From Haemophilus parainfluenzae (GTDB lineage: Bacteria; Pseudomonadota; Gammaproteobacteria; Enterobacterales; Pasteurellaceae), in NCBI GenBank assembly GCA_018369675.1, contig JAGZBU010000003.1, positions 8,234 to 72,233 of the forward strand: DNA of 64,000 nt, written 5' to 3'. The notes under the pieces were generated by a model. The model saw only the letters and a list, made by a program, of their open reading frames with translations, did not search any database and was not told the origin of the DNA. The stretch's first letter is position 1. Every line of letters begins with the position of its first letter. Made by a program: the position numbers and the translations under genes. Shown piece by piece: positions 43,340 through 53,825 of the stretch.

Positions 43340-43789
43340 CTAATCCTTTAAGCTTTCAATTTCTTTGGTAAATTCATTGATATTATCAAAGCTCAAATAA
43401 ACGGACGCAAAACGGATATACGCCACTTTATCTAATTCTTTCAGCTCATTCATGGCTAATTTGCCTACGAGATGGCTTGGCACTTCGCGCTCACCCGTCG
43501 CACGTAATTGGATAATAATATGGCTGATGGCTTTTTCCACATCATCCGAACTTACAGGGCGTTTTTCTAATGCATGTTGAATACCGCTACGCAATTTATC
43601 TTCATTAAACGGCTCGCGTGACCCATCATTTTTAATAATTTTTGGCACCACTAATTCGGCTGTTTCAAAGGTGGTAAAGCGTTCATGACAATTCCCGCAT
43701 TCCCGACGACGACGCACTTGATACCCATCAGAAACCAAACGGCTGTCAATCACCTTAGTTTCTTCAGTTGAACAAAACGGACAACGCAT
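43340..43789 (-). CDS. nrdR: transcriptional repressor NrdR
   Basis: An N-terminal zinc ribbon (CPFC...CGNC) is followed by an ATP-cone. The gene encodes 149 aa and its stop overlaps the ribD start, the classic nrdR-ribD order. Confidence 0.92.
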   Translation of the reverse strand: MRCPFCSTEETKVIDSRLVSDGYQVRRRRECGNCHERFTTFETAELVVPKIIKNDGSREPFNEDKLRSGIQHALEKRPVSSDDVEKAISHIIIQLRATGEREVPSHLVGKLAMNELKELDKVAYIRFASVYLSFDNINEFTKEIESLKD

Positions 43790-43866
43790 TTTAGATCCTT
43801 TTCAAAATTATTCTTAAGCCATTATCTTATCAAAAATCCAAGATCTTTTCGATCTGAAGATCCGCT

Positions 43867-46800
43867 TTAAGACAACATTTCTCCAAACCAGGATGTGGTT
43901 TGTTTCACCAACTGCAAAAGACCATCCTGCGATTTAAATTGTTCTGTTTGACCCAATACCCTCGCCCAATAAGGATCGGCTTTTCTATAGCCATAAGGAT
44001 CATCTTTCGCAAGGGATTCGATATTCGTTAAAACATTGTCAAAATTGACCGCACTTTCATCTTTTTCAATAAACTTCGCTATATTTCCCGTTGGAATGAG
44101 CTGAATTTGTTGCTGGCTTTGTAAATAAGCCTCGACATACATTTTCAGTTTCTCAAGTGCGGTTGATTTTTCTATTGTTTTTAATGTTAAATCCTTATCT
44201 TTAGCGATAATGCGTGGTGGCAGTGCGTTATCTTTTGTCGCCAGTTGAATGAGATAATAAAGCCATGGGCGAATACGATAACGATCTTTATATTTTGCAA
44301 ATCGCCATTCGATTATCTGATTTTCATCGCCAAATAATGGCTCCATATAGCCAAACAAGCGAATATTGCCTTGTGCCGTTTCCACCACAAAATCGACACT
44401 CTCACTATGTGGTGAAGAATAATCCTTAATTTTCTCTTTAAAAGCCAATACATCAGCACGAATAGATTGCGCACAAACTTCCGCAAACTCGCCGCGTGGC
44501 ATGATGCCTTTCACTTGCTGTTTGGCGAAATAATCGTTAAATTGCGTTTCCTCCAAATGCAATAACTCATTACTAATACGATAATGATCCAAACCATTTA
44601 ACGTGAAGTTTTCACTTTCTTCAATGCGATCATCTTCATCTCGGAAATACACGCCAAGCTGCTTTTCAAAAAAGAATTTCACTGGATTTTCAACAAAACT
44701 CACAAAACGATCGAGTTCAATTTCCGTTATTGGCTCTTGATTTTCACCCATCGGCACAACAAATTCATGACATTTTCTTTCTTGGAATTGCGCAATCGGC
44801 AGCCATTTTTTTGCAAAAGAGCGGTTAATTTTCCCTTCATGTTGGAAATTGCTTGGGCTAAACGCCGTCATTGGATGTTGTTCAATTCTCAAGCCATTGT
44901 CTGAATAATGATTAATATAATCAAGCAACTGGCTCACCAATACTGAAGGTTCTTTAGGTTGATTATCAATAATTGAAGAGCCTACATAACTCACATAAAA
45001 ATGGGATCTTGCAGCCAGTAAGGCTTCAAGGAATAAGTAACGATCATCATCTCGACGAACACGATCGCCTTTTTGATGGTGGTATTGCATTAAGTCAAAA
45101 CTATTTGGTGTATGACTGCGTGGGTAATCCGCCTCATTCATCCCAAGCAAACACACCACTTTGAAAGGAATAGAGCGCATTGGTAAAAGTGTGCAGAAAT
45201 TTACTTTTCCCGCTAAGAAACGAAGGCTGTTTGGTGTCTCTTCTAAACGTGCAGACATCACTTCCGCAATCACATCCGCCTGCAAAGTTTCTTCAAAATT
45301 GACGGCCTGCAAATCATCGGCAAAGGCATTGATACAATCTTGAATATAAAATAAGGTATCCGCAGTTTCTTCATTTTGCACAAAGAAATCCGTCAAAAGT
45401 GCGGTCAATTTTTCACGCCATTTTTCAATATTGTGTGCCTTTTGCAAATCTTGATGCCATTTATTTAAGGCAGTAAAAAATTGATTCACTGCACCGACTA
45501 ACTGCCCTTTCAATCCATAGCTACTATCAAGTCCAAGACTGTCTTGCCAAACGCCTTGTTCTTCACGCATCGCATAACCTAAGGTCATACGTTCAAGTCC
45601 CGCCTGCCACGCGTTAAAATTCAGTGTGTTCTGCAGTTTTTCTAAACCAAAGCGAATGCCCGACTCTTTCACCCATTCACGAATTTGTTCGAGATCGGTA
45701 AGGGCAATATTAAAACGCTCACGAATAGCGGGAATATCTAATAAAGCCAGTACTTCTTCCGCGCCAAACTGACTTTCTCTTAAATTTAACAGAGAAAGAT
45801 AGCTCGACACGATCACATCACTTTCAGACAATTTACTGTCAGAAATTGAGAACGGAATAACAGGTGCATCCGCACTATTCGCACCAAAGACAGCCTGAAT
45901 ATAAGGCGTATATTGGTTAACATCGGCCACCATGACCACCACATCTTTTGGTGTAATCTGTTCTTCTTTTGGCTTATGCTGATTTTGATTGAATAAATCC
46001 AACAAGTAATCATGCAGCACTTCAACTTCTCGCATCGCGCTATGGCAAGATTTCACGACCAAAGAGCGGTCATTTTTCGCGACATTTAATGCACCATGAC
46101 TCAACGCCAAAATTTGATTTTGGATCTGCCCTAACAACGTTTTTTCGGGAAGTTCTGCATAGTAATCACGGGAAATGGCTTGAATATTTTCCTCATCTCG
46201 CACTAATTGATAGAGAAAATCTCGTCCCATTTTTCCCCAAGAGGCTAAAAGCGGATTTCCGCTGAACAATTCTTCTTGTTGATTGGTGTAATCAAGGTCA
46301 GTAGGTTCCCATGACACTTGCTCGGCTGAAATTAAAGGCTTCACATCATCACTTGCTTGCACGAAACGCTGTCTTTCTAATAAATAGGATTTACTCAGAT
46401 CTCGCAAGTCGCCCCAATATTCTTGACATGGATTATTAAAAAATAAATGCACGTCTGTTTTAGCTGAAATACCTTGGAAAATATTGAGATAAACCGTTGG
46501 CAATGCAGGAATACCAAAAATAAAAATACGTTCCGGCAAGTTGAGTGTCGCATTGGGATCACGACATAATGCTAAAAATTGTTGATTGAGTGCAGCACGA
46601 TGTTTTGCTTTTCCACCGAAATCACGTTGGACATCATCCACCAAGGCTCGCCATAAAATTCCCTGCCAATGAATATTGCCTTTAATTTGAGAAAGAAGGG
46701 TAGGGTTTAACGCCGAAAGCCCCTGCTTTTGCTGATTAATTTGAGCCAAGATCTTTTCATCGTTATTTTCTTCCCATGCGGCAATCCATTCGGGACGATA

Positions 46801-47226
46801 GACGAGATATTGGTCAAATAAATCGGCAACTTTTAGGCTTAATTGATAAAGTTTTTGCTGTTCTGATGCCGGTGAGGACGCTAAATATTTTTTTAATGGT
46901 TCAAATTCTTTTTGCTGTAAAAAGGTAGGGATTAATCGCATTAATCGCCATAACGTTGAATCTTTTTCAAAAGGGTTTTGCGTGGAAACATTCGGCAAAT
47001 TATCGGCATAAAGTTTCCAAATAAAACTGGAAGGCATCGGGAATTGAAAATTCGCTGCAACGCCGCGTTTTTTAGCAATTTCCATTTGCAACCATTGTGC
47101 CATGCCTGGGCTTTGCACCAACACAATGTCAGACTGAAATGGATGATCTTGCGGTAAATTTTCCAACAACGAAACTAAAATATCTTTTTGAATTTCTGGT
47201 TGGTTTGAATAATAAGTAACGAACAA
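43867..47226 (-). CDS. recC: exodeoxyribonuclease V gamma subunit
   Basis: The gene encodes 1119 aa. The N-terminus YYSNQPEIQKDILVSLL...IVLVQSPGMAQWLQMEIAKKRG parallels E. coli RecC (VYHSNRLDVL...ILVQSTGMAQWLQMTLSQKFG). Confidence 0.93.
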   Translation of the reverse strand: MFVTYYSNQPEIQKDILVSLLENLPQDHPFQSDIVLVQSPGMAQWLQMEIAKKRGVAANFQFPMPSSFIWKLYADNLPNVSTQNPFEKDSTLWRLMRLIPTFLQQKEFEPLKKYLASSPASEQQKLYQLSLKVADLFDQYLVYRPEWIAAWEENNDEKILAQINQQKQGLSALNPTLLSQIKGNIHWQGILWRALVDDVQRDFGGKAKHRAALNQQFLALCRDPNATLNLPERIFIFGIPALPTVYLNIFQGISAKTDVHLFFNNPCQEYWGDLRDLSKSYLLERQRFVQASDDVKPLISAEQVSWEPTDLDYTNQQEELFSGNPLLASWGKMGRDFLYQLVRDEENIQAISRDYYAELPEKTLLGQIQNQILALSHGALNVAKNDRSLVVKSCHSAMREVEVLHDYLLDLFNQNQHKPKEEQITPKDVVVMVADVNQYTPYIQAVFGANSADAPVIPFSISDSKLSESDVIVSSYLSLLNLRESQFGAEEVLALLDIPAIRERFNIALTDLEQIREWVKESGIRFGLEKLQNTLNFNAWQAGLERMTLGYAMREEQGVWQDSLGLDSSYGLKGQLVGAVNQFFTALNKWHQDLQKAHNIEKWREKLTALLTDFFVQNEETADTLFYIQDCINAFADDLQAVNFEETLQADVIAEVMSARLEETPNSLRFLAGKVNFCTLLPMRSIPFKVVCLLGMNEADYPRSHTPNSFDLMQYHHQKGDRVRRDDDRYLFLEALLAARSHFYVSYVGSSIIDNQPKEPSVLVSQLLDYINHYSDNGLRIEQHPMTAFSPSNFQHEGKINRSFAKKWLPIAQFQERKCHEFVVPMGENQEPITEIELDRFVSFVENPVKFFFEKQLGVYFRDEDDRIEESENFTLNGLDHYRISNELLHLEETQFNDYFAKQQVKGIMPRGEFAEVCAQSIRADVLAFKEKIKDYSSPHSESVDFVVETAQGNIRLFGYMEPLFGDENQIIEWRFAKYKDRYRIRPWLYYLIQLATKDNALPPRIIAKDKDLTLKTIEKSTALEKLKMYVEAYLQSQQQIQLIPTGNIAKFIEKDESAVNFDNVLTNIESLAKDDPYGYRKADPYWARVLGQTEQFKSQDGLLQLVKQTTSWFGEMLS

Positions 47227-47263
47227 AGTAACGCCCTTTTGAAAGCAAAAACAATGCGTTATT

Positions 47264-47566
47264 TTACTCGGTTTTCACTAAAAATTCACCTTGAGGATAG
47301 CGTATATTCACTTGATGATAACTACATTGAATTGCAAATTGAATGCCATTTTGTTGTACGCTATTTTCACAAGACAAGCCTAAAAACTGACGCTGAGCCT
47401 GATTTTCAGCAATTTGAACGGCCTGGAATTCTTGAAAAATTCTGACCGCACTTTTCCGTTGCTCACTCGTCCATTGGTTAAAGATCAAAAATAACCCACT
47501 GAAAATCGATAAGGCTAATAAAAGTGACATTAACGACATGCCTCTATTCACTTTGATCTTGCGCAC
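47264..47566 (-). CDS. comQ: competence pseudopilin-like protein ComQ (the smallest of the four, with a prepilin-type N-terminus)
   Basis: The gene encodes 100 aa, with a transmembrane helix after NRG|MSLMSLLLAL. It is the last of four genes before recC, matching H. influenzae comNOPQ and E. coli ppdAB-ygdB-ppdC. Confidence 0.6.
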   Translation of the reverse strand: MRKIKVNRGMSLMSLLLALSIFSGLFLIFNQWTSEQRKSAVRIFQEFQAVQIAENQAQRQFLGLSCENSVQQNGIQFAIQCSYHQVNIRYPQGEFLVKTE

Positions 47567-48230
47567 TTAAATCACTCCAACTTTTATCCACCAAACGCCA
47601 TTGGCTATATTCTTGTACGAGTTTTGTTACCACAGCTTTACCGTAAGCCACCGTCACATCTCCCTCCAACTTAAGTGAGCCTCCAGTAATCACAGCACCA
47701 CTAATACGCCCTTTGCCAGTTAAACTTAAATCGCCTTCTGCTAGCAGAATACCACTCACATTCCCTTTAATTTCTAATTGGCTTTGCGTTATCCAATACA
47801 CTTGTGGTGTTTTTTGAGCAATTAAAGTAGTATCTACTTTCATAAAGTGCGGTTGAAAATCAGCTTGTTTTTCGCTGGAAATAAAATCCCGCAGCATATT
47901 TTCATTAATGCCTTTTGTCGGTGATTTTTTAAATAACTCAGCGCGTTTACACCAAACGGAATAGGCGACTTTATCCTCTGCCCCTGAAGACTCGAAAAAG
48001 ACTTGTTTCACTTTTTCAACACCATTTAAAGGTAAATTTTGGCAAATGTGCGTTTGTTGCTGCTGACTGATTTTCTGTAATGCAAGGCTTTGTTCTACAT
48101 AATATTTTCGCTGGCTCATTTGAGATCGAAAAAACGCAAAGATCTGTTCATCAAATAATAAGATCAAGGCCAATAAGCCCGAAAGTAAAATCAGTGCCGT
48201 CAGTGTCACAATCCCTTTTTTCATGATCAT
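47544..48230 (-). CDS. comP: competence pseudopilin-like protein ComP
   Basis: The gene encodes 228 aa with an N-terminal hydrophobic helix (GIVTLTALILLSGLLALILL). It overlaps its neighbours, which suggests an operon. Confidence 0.6.
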   Translation of the reverse strand: MIMKKGIVTLTALILLSGLLALILLFDEQIFAFFRSQMSQRKYYVEQSLALQKISQQQQTHICQNLPLNGVEKVKQVFFESSGAEDKVAYSVWCKRAELFKKSPTKGINENMLRDFISSEKQADFQPHFMKVDTTLIAQKTPQVYWITQSQLEIKGNVSGILLAEGDLSLTGKGRISGAVITGGSLKLEGDVTVAYGKAVVTKLVQEYSQWRLVDKSWSDLSAQDQSE

Positions 48231-48952
48231 TCTTCTTGATTTAATAAAGGCACCACAAGCGAAGTTTCATATTGAATATGCTTATGTGTTGCAAGATTTC
48301 CCGCGAGTTTAATTTCAATCCCTTTCCCTGCCTTTAACCAATCAAAACGTAATTGAGAAATCTCAAACTCTTTTTCATCCAATAAATCTGTCCATCCACC
48401 ACCGGCGTTACAAGTAGATTGCGTTAAAGCACGCTGACACTCTTCTGAACGACAATCCGCATTTACCGCATTTTTATAAGTTTGTTTGGTTTCGATCATT
48501 TTCCCGTTAAGTTTGTAACCAAATAGCTCCTTTTCGATATTTTTTGCCACATTTTTAACGCCATTTACACAGGTATTTTTTGTGTATTTTTCACCAATAC
48601 AACCATTACTATTTAAATCATAAAAAAATAAAACACAGCTATTTGACGGAGCATTGTCTGCTTGAGCAATGGTTATTGCAGTGCCCTTTTCATCCAATTC
48701 AAATAAAGCCAGATTATCTTCAATGAGTTTTTGGTTTGCGGCTCGAAAGCCTACACGACGCAGATCTTTCCCGATGAGTTGAATTGTACGTTGTAATTCC
48801 GTTTGTAGTTTGAGTTGTAACATTAAACGCTGATTCTGCTGTTGAGTTTGGGCATAAAATTGTGCAACCAATAGCAATAATAAAGCGGATAAGCCAAGTG
48901 AAATCAACAAACTCACCAATGTTTCGCCTTTTAATGGTTTCATCTTGTACAT
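48227..48952 (-). CDS. comO: competence pseudopilin-like protein ComO
   Basis: The gene encodes 241 aa with a prepilin-like N-terminus (KG|ETLVSLLISLGL). It overlaps comN by 13 nt. Confidence 0.6.
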   Translation of the reverse strand: MYKMKPLKGETLVSLLISLGLSALLLLLVAQFYAQTQQQNQRLMLQLKLQTELQRTIQLIGKDLRRVGFRAANQKLIEDNLALFELDEKGTAITIAQADNAPSNSCVLFFYDLNSNGCIGEKYTKNTCVNGVKNVAKNIEKELFGYKLNGKMIETKQTYKNAVNADCRSEECQRALTQSTCNAGGGWTDLLDEKEFEISQLRFDWLKAGKGIEIKLAGNLATHKHIQYETSLVVPLLNQEE

Positions 48953-49458
48953 GCACTCGCCGCTTGATCAGACTTTAATTTGATACTGCCAACATTGAAA
49001 AAAGAGAACAATGTACGATGCTCTTCAGCCTGTAGCATAAAACAATTTGTTTCCATGGTATTTCTTGCCCCATTAAATTTCACCGCCACTTCAGACGGAT
49101 ATAATTTAGGGCCTATCAGCATCGTTTTTCCTTCAAAATAAGGATAGTAAAAATGCGCATAAAGGTTTTTAGGACAATTCTGGGGATGAAAACAATCACA
49201 AAAATGATCGTTTTTTACTTGAGCAGTAATACACCAACGCTGATTCGCCCTATCTTGATTAGCCAAAATAAACCAAATCGCTGATGAATTTTCTGCCCTC
49301 GCTTGAATATTACGTAAGAAAAAATAAAGCCGTTGTTGCTCTTTTTCGAGAAAATATTTGGGATCGTTTTTCTGCCATTTTGGCAATGTAAACGTCAACG
49401 TTAAGCCTAAAATAAATAACGTAATCAAGGTTTCTAATAAAGTTATCCCTTTATACAT
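48940..49458 (-). CDS. comN: competence pseudopilin ComN (prepilin-type N-terminal cleavage/methylation domain)
   Basis: MYKG|ITLLETLITLFILGL is a class III signal peptide. The gene is the first of the operon and lies directly downstream of the CRP-S site. Confidence 0.65.
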   Translation of the reverse strand: MYKGITLLETLITLFILGLTLTFTLPKWQKNDPKYFLEKEQQRLYFFLRNIQARAENSSAIWFILANQDRANQRWCITAQVKNDHFCDCFHPQNCPKNLYAHFYYPYFEGKTMLIGPKLYPSEVAVKFNGARNTMETNCFMLQAEEHRTLFSFFNVGSIKLKSDQAASACTR

Positions 49459-49524
49459 AAAATGCCTTCTTTTTTGACCGCACTTTAAAAGTCCTTTAGA
49501 AGAAAGCCAAATTTGCTACTTTAT

Positions 49525-49546
49525 TTTTGCGATACTGATCGCAAAT
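49525..49546. promoter_or_regulatory. CRP-S (Sxy-dependent CRP) competence regulatory element
   Basis: TTTTGCGATACTGATCGCAAAT matches the consensus T-rich / TGCGA-N6-TCGCA / A-rich exactly. It lies about 70 bp upstream of comN. Confidence 0.75.
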
Positions 49547-49657
49547 TTCTTTTAAAAAACGGGAAAAACCGTGAATTAAACATTTTCAACTGGCTATTTA
49601 CTAAAACTCCCTTATAATAGGCGACCTATTATCTGTTCTTTAAAATCTGGTGGAAAT

Positions 49658-50458
49658 ATGAATCCAATGTTAAATATCGCTATTCGTGCGGCACGAAGAG
49701 CGGGCAACGTGATTGCTAAAAACTATGAGCGCCGTGATGACATCCAAACAAGTAAAAAAGGTATTAATGATTATGTGACTAGCGTCGATAAAGCCGCTGA
49801 AGCTGAGATCATTGAAATCATTCAAAAATCTTATCCTGATCATACAATTATCAGTGAAGAACGTGGTGCATTAGAAGGCAAAGACAGTGATATTCAATGG
49901 GTGATTGATCCACTAGATGGCACAACCAACTTTGTAAAAGGTTTGCCACATTTCTCTGTTTCTATTGCTATCCGTGTAAAAAACCGTACCGAAGTAGGTG
50001 TGGTTTACGATCCTATTCGTAATGAATTATTCACTGCTGTGCGTGGTGAAGGCGCAAAATTAAATGAAGTGCGTTTACGTGTAGATAGCCAAAATGAACT
50101 TAACGGGGCGATTTTAGCTACCGGTTTCCCATTCAAACAACCAAGCTTAATGCCAACTCAATTTGCTATCATGAATAACTTAATTGATGAAGCAGCAGAT
50201 TTTCGTCGTACAGGTTCTGCCGCATTAGACCTTTGCTATGTAGCATCCGGTCGCGTTGACGGTTATTTCGAAATGGGCTTAAAACCTTGGGATTGCGCAG
50301 CGGGTGATTTAATCGTTCGTGAAGCAGGCGGTTTAGTGTGTGATTTCAATGCGGGGCACAGCTATTTACGCTCAGGCAACATCGTGGCTGCACCAGCGCG
50401 TATTTTAAAAGAAATGCTGAATAAAATTCAGCCTTGCCTAACTGAACAAGTGAAGTAA
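49658..50458 (+). CDS. suhB: inositol-1-monophosphatase
   Basis: It begins MNPMLNIAIRAARRAG and contains the WVIDPLDGTTNF metal-binding motif. The gene encodes 266 aa. Confidence 0.9.
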   Translation: MNPMLNIAIRAARRAGNVIAKNYERRDDIQTSKKGINDYVTSVDKAAEAEIIEIIQKSYPDHTIISEERGALEGKDSDIQWVIDPLDGTTNFVKGLPHFSVSIAIRVKNRTEVGVVYDPIRNELFTAVRGEGAKLNEVRLRVDSQNELNGAILATGFPFKQPSLMPTQFAIMNNLIDEAADFRRTGSAALDLCYVASGRVDGYFEMGLKPWDCAAGDLIVREAGGLVCDFNAGHSYLRSGNIVAAPARILKEMLNKIQPCLTEQVK

Positions 50459-50467
50459 GACTCAATA

Positions 50468-50500
50468 AAAAGTGCGGTAGATTTCACCGCACTTTTTTTA
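50468..50500. repeat. USS inverted pair forming a bidirectional terminator (suhB / bioB)
   Basis: The sequence is AAAAGTGCGGTAGATTTCACCGCACTTTTTTT. Confidence 0.7.
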
Positions 50501-50503
50501 TGA

Positions 50504-51520
50504 CTAATTTCTGTCGAGTGGTTTTCTATTTTCTTCCGTTTCCGGCTCAAGATCTAATTTAGCCATGAGCAGCTGATCGCCATCTTCTTCTGGGTTGCCA
50601 GTCACTAATAATTTATCACCATAGAAAATGGAATTTGCTCCAGCCATAAAGCACATGGCTTGCATTTCTTCACTCATGCCTTGACGACCTGCAGAAAGAC
50701 GAACATAACTTTTCGGCATAGTAATACGCGCCACCGCAATGGTGCGAACAAACTCTGTCCAATCTAAATCAGCTGCATCAGCCATTGGCGTGCCTTCCAC
50801 TTTCACTAATTGGTTAATCGGCACTGACTCCGGCTGAGGATCAAGATTTGCCAAACTTGCGATGAAGCCTGCTCGCTCTTTACGGGTTTCATTCATGCCC
50901 ACAATACCGCCACAGCAAACTTTCAAACCAGCATGACGCACTTTTCCTAGTGTACTTAAACGATCATCAAAACGGCGTGTGCCAATGACATTGTGATAAT
51001 TCTCTGGCGCGGTATCTAGATTGTGGTTGTAATAATCCAATCCTGCATCTTTTAACTCTTCCGCCATACCATCTTGCAACAACCCAAAGGTACCGCAAGT
51101 TTCTAAGCCAATATCTTTTACCGCACGAATAATCGCCGTCACTTTTTCTATATCTTTAGGCTTAGGACCACGCCATGCTGCGCCCATACAAAAACGTCCT
51201 GCACCACGTGCTTTAGCAATTTTGGCTTTTTCGACAATTTCATCAATATCCAAGATCTGCTGATTTTGTACACCTGTTTGATAACGCGCTGATTGAGGAC
51301 AATAGCCACAATCCTCTGGACAACCACCCGTTTTAATCGACATCAACGTCGATAACTGTATCGCGCCAGGGTTGAAATGCTCTCGATGCACTTGAGCTGC
51401 ACGATAGACTAATTCTAAAAAAGGGGTCTCAAATAACGCTTCTACTTTACAAACAGACCAATACTCTACTGAGGGATGGGGCGTAATAGATGAAAGCTGT
51501 ACTACATTTGTTGTGGTCAT
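50504..51520 (-). CDS. bioB: biotin synthase (radical SAM)
   Basis: It has the [11 protein letters not shown] radical-SAM cluster and is collinear with E. coli BioB. Confidence 0.93.
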   Translation of the reverse strand: MTTTNVVQLSSITPHPSVEYWSVCKVEALFETPFLELVYRAAQVHREHFNPGAIQLSTLMSIKTGGCPEDCGYCPQSARYQTGVQNQQILDIDEIVEKAKIAKARGAGRFCMGAAWRGPKPKDIEKVTAIIRAVKDIGLETCGTFGLLQDGMAEELKDAGLDYYNHNLDTAPENYHNVIGTRRFDDRLSTLGKVRHAGLKVCCGGIVGMNETRKERAGFIASLANLDPQPESVPINQLVKVEGTPMADAADLDWTEFVRTIAVARITMPKSYVRLSAGRQGMSEEMQAMCFMAGANSIFYGDKLLVTGNPEEDGDQLLMAKLDLEPETEENRKPLDRN

Positions 51521-51536
51521 TATATTTTCCTCGTTT

Positions 51537-51550
51537 AAGCTATATAGCTT
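51537..51550. promoter_or_regulatory. 14-bp perfect palindrome AAGCTATATAGCTT next to the bioB RBS, a candidate operator or -10 element
   Basis: It lies 17 bp upstream of the bioB ATG. Confidence 0.25.
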
Positions 51551-51593
51551 TTATTAAGTTGAGCATATTACTCTGCAATATGATAAAAAGAGA

Positions 51594-52223
51594 TCAGATC
51601 ACTTTTCCTTGATGAATTTCAATCACTCGATCAATATGCCGTTCAATTTCTTTGGGTTGATGTGTCACCAGTAACATGGTGAGCTTTTTTTCTTCACATA
51701 ATTGATCCATTAAATCCTGCATTTCAATGCGTAATTTAGGATCAAGGGCTGAAAAAGGCTCATCCAATAATAAAATGGGTTTATCTCGTAGCAAACAGCG
51801 CGCCAATGCCACACGCTGTTTTTGCCCGCCTGAAAGTGCGGTCGGTTTTCTCGTTAAAAAATCCTGTAAATTGACCGCATTTGCAGCTTGTTCTACAAGT
51901 GCTTTTTCTTCTGCATTTAAAGCTAAATTCGGTTTTAAACCTAAAGCGATATTCTCTTCTAGGGAAAGATGAGTAAAGAGATTGTTTTCCTGAAACAGCA
52001 TGGAAACCGGGCGTTCAAAAGGTGCTGTTTTGGTATGATTTTCACCATTGAGCCAAATCTCCCCACTATCGGCATATTCAAAGCCGGCAATTAAATTCAG
52101 TAAGGTACTTTTTCCTGCACCACTTTCACCAATGATGGCGACTTTTTCTTGTGCTTGAATCTGTAAATCAAACACCATCGGCATGGATTGATAATTGAAG
52201 ACCACATTATTTAATTTAATCAT
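51594..52223 (-). CDS. thiQ: thiamine ABC transporter ATP-binding protein
   Basis: A Walker A ([19 protein letters not shown]) and the signature [13 protein letters not shown] are present. It is the last gene of thiBPQ. The start MIKLNN overlaps the thiP stop. Confidence 0.85.
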   Translation of the reverse strand: MIKLNNVVFNYQSMPMVFDLQIQAQEKVAIIGESGAGKSTLLNLIAGFEYADSGEIWLNGENHTKTAPFERPVSMLFQENNLFTHLSLEENIALGLKPNLALNAEEKALVEQAANAVNLQDFLTRKPTALSGGQKQRVALARCLLRDKPILLLDEPFSALDPKLRIEMQDLMDQLCEEKKLTMLLVTHQPKEIERHIDRVIEIHQGKVI

Positions 52224-53820
52224 GTTGTTCCTTCTGCCCTTCAATAAACATAAATAAACCTAAACATAAGCCCAATAAAATCAATGCCGTCACTGCCGCT
52301 TCTTGGCTTCGATATTGCCCGATTTGTTGATAAAGCAAATGAGGCAAAGAAGTAAAATCAGGGCTACCAAATAAGGCTATCGCTGTAAAATCACCGAGTG
52401 ATAAAGTCGTTGCGAGCGCCAAGGCATATTTCAACGGGGCTTTTAGTAGCGGATATTCAATTAAACGAAAACGCTGCCAGCCTGTAATATTCAGCGATAA
52501 ACAGAGTTTTTCATAATATTGCATCGATTGATTCATTGGTGAATTGAGAATTTTGATAACAAATGGCAAGGCAGCCAAGGCATTGCAAACCGATACCACT
52601 ACAAACAAATGCCCTGCTGAAAAATCAATATCTTGTAACCAAAGGAATAAGCCGACTGCTAAAACAATCGTCGGAATGGCTAAAATCATCATGCCCCCCG
52701 TTAAAATTAAGTGGGCTAATTTGGGGTGATATAACCATTGTAGTTGCCGTGAAAGCAATAATAAGAAAAATCCAAATAATACCGATAAAATCCCTGCAGT
52801 CGGAGCCATGGTTAATGAATAAGCAAGCGCTTTCCATAATTGTGGATTTTGCCAATAGCCAAATAATTGAGTTGCAGATAAACCTTGAAAAACAATATTG
52901 AATAAGGGAGTTAGAATAAATAAGCACACCGAGAATAAGACAAAAACATGTCCAAACTTGACCGCACTTGAAGAAGGCAAAACCCAGCGATAACGTTGTG
53001 AAATCTGCGTTTCAGGTGCTTTTGCCCAATATTGTGAAAGTGAAAATAACGCAAAACAAAACGCAAATTGCACAAGCGCAAAAAGTGCGGCTTTGGGTAA
53101 ATCAAATTCAAAGAAAATGGCTTGGTAAATCGCAACTTCTAGCGTGCTATTTTGTGGCCCGCCACCCAGTGCCAACACTATCGTAAAACTGGTGAAACAT
53201 AGCATAAAAATCAGCACAAAGGCAGAGACTATTTGGCTTTTCAAATAAGGCCATTCAATTAAATGAAAAAATGTGAAACCTTTGATATTCAATTGTGCCG
53301 CGAGTTGATGCTGTTCGGTCGGTACACTTTGCAAAGCCTGTAAACTCATTCGGGCAGCTAAGGGAATATTAAAAAATAAATGGGCAATGAGAATGCCGCT
53401 TAAACCATAAATGGAGGGTTTCCACGAAATACCTAAGGTTTGTAGCACTTGTGTTAGCCAACCTGCCGTGCCATAAATCCCAATCAAACCGAAAATAGCC
53501 AGTAATGCTGGCAAAACAAAGGTGAGGGAAAAAATGCGTAAAATGAGCGATTTGCCTTTGAAATCTAAATAGAAAAAAGCACGCGCAAATAACATACCAA
53601 TTATGCTAGAAAGCAAGGCAGATAATAATGCCTGACCGACACTAAAGGCGATAACTTGATGCAAATAATCGTCTTTTAAGAAATCAGATAAGGCATAATC
53701 ACTTCCAACTGAAAAAACAGCAGAAAGTGAAAATCCATAGAGTAAAACAATGAAAAAAATGACCGCACTTCCGCCCAAATAATGGCGTGGACGAAAATGC
53801 GGATGTTGCAATAAGCTCAT
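52216..53820 (-). CDS. thiP: thiamine ABC transporter permease (duplicated membrane domain)
   Basis: The gene encodes 534 aa and about 12 transmembrane segments with two EAA-like regions. It sits between thiB and thiQ. Confidence 0.85.
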   Translation of the reverse strand: MSLLQHPHFRPRHYLGGSAVIFFIVLLYGFSLSAVFSVGSDYALSDFLKDDYLHQVIAFSVGQALLSALLSSIIGMLFARAFFYLDFKGKSLILRIFSLTFVLPALLAIFGLIGIYGTAGWLTQVLQTLGISWKPSIYGLSGILIAHLFFNIPLAARMSLQALQSVPTEQHQLAAQLNIKGFTFFHLIEWPYLKSQIVSAFVLIFMLCFTSFTIVLALGGGPQNSTLEVAIYQAIFFEFDLPKAALFALVQFAFCFALFSLSQYWAKAPETQISQRYRWVLPSSSAVKFGHVFVLFSVCLFILTPLFNIVFQGLSATQLFGYWQNPQLWKALAYSLTMAPTAGILSVLFGFFLLLLSRQLQWLYHPKLAHLILTGGMMILAIPTIVLAVGLFLWLQDIDFSAGHLFVVVSVCNALAALPFVIKILNSPMNQSMQYYEKLCLSLNITGWQRFRLIEYPLLKAPLKYALALATTLSLGDFTAIALFGSPDFTSLPHLLYQQIGQYRSQEAAVTALILLGLCLGLFMFIEGQKEQHD

Positions 53821-53825
53821 TAATA

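Noticed and set aside
43790-43866. A short AGATCTTTTCGATCT palindrome between nrdR and recC.
   Set aside because: It is too short and weak to call as an operator or terminator. NrdR boxes are expected at nrd genes and not here.
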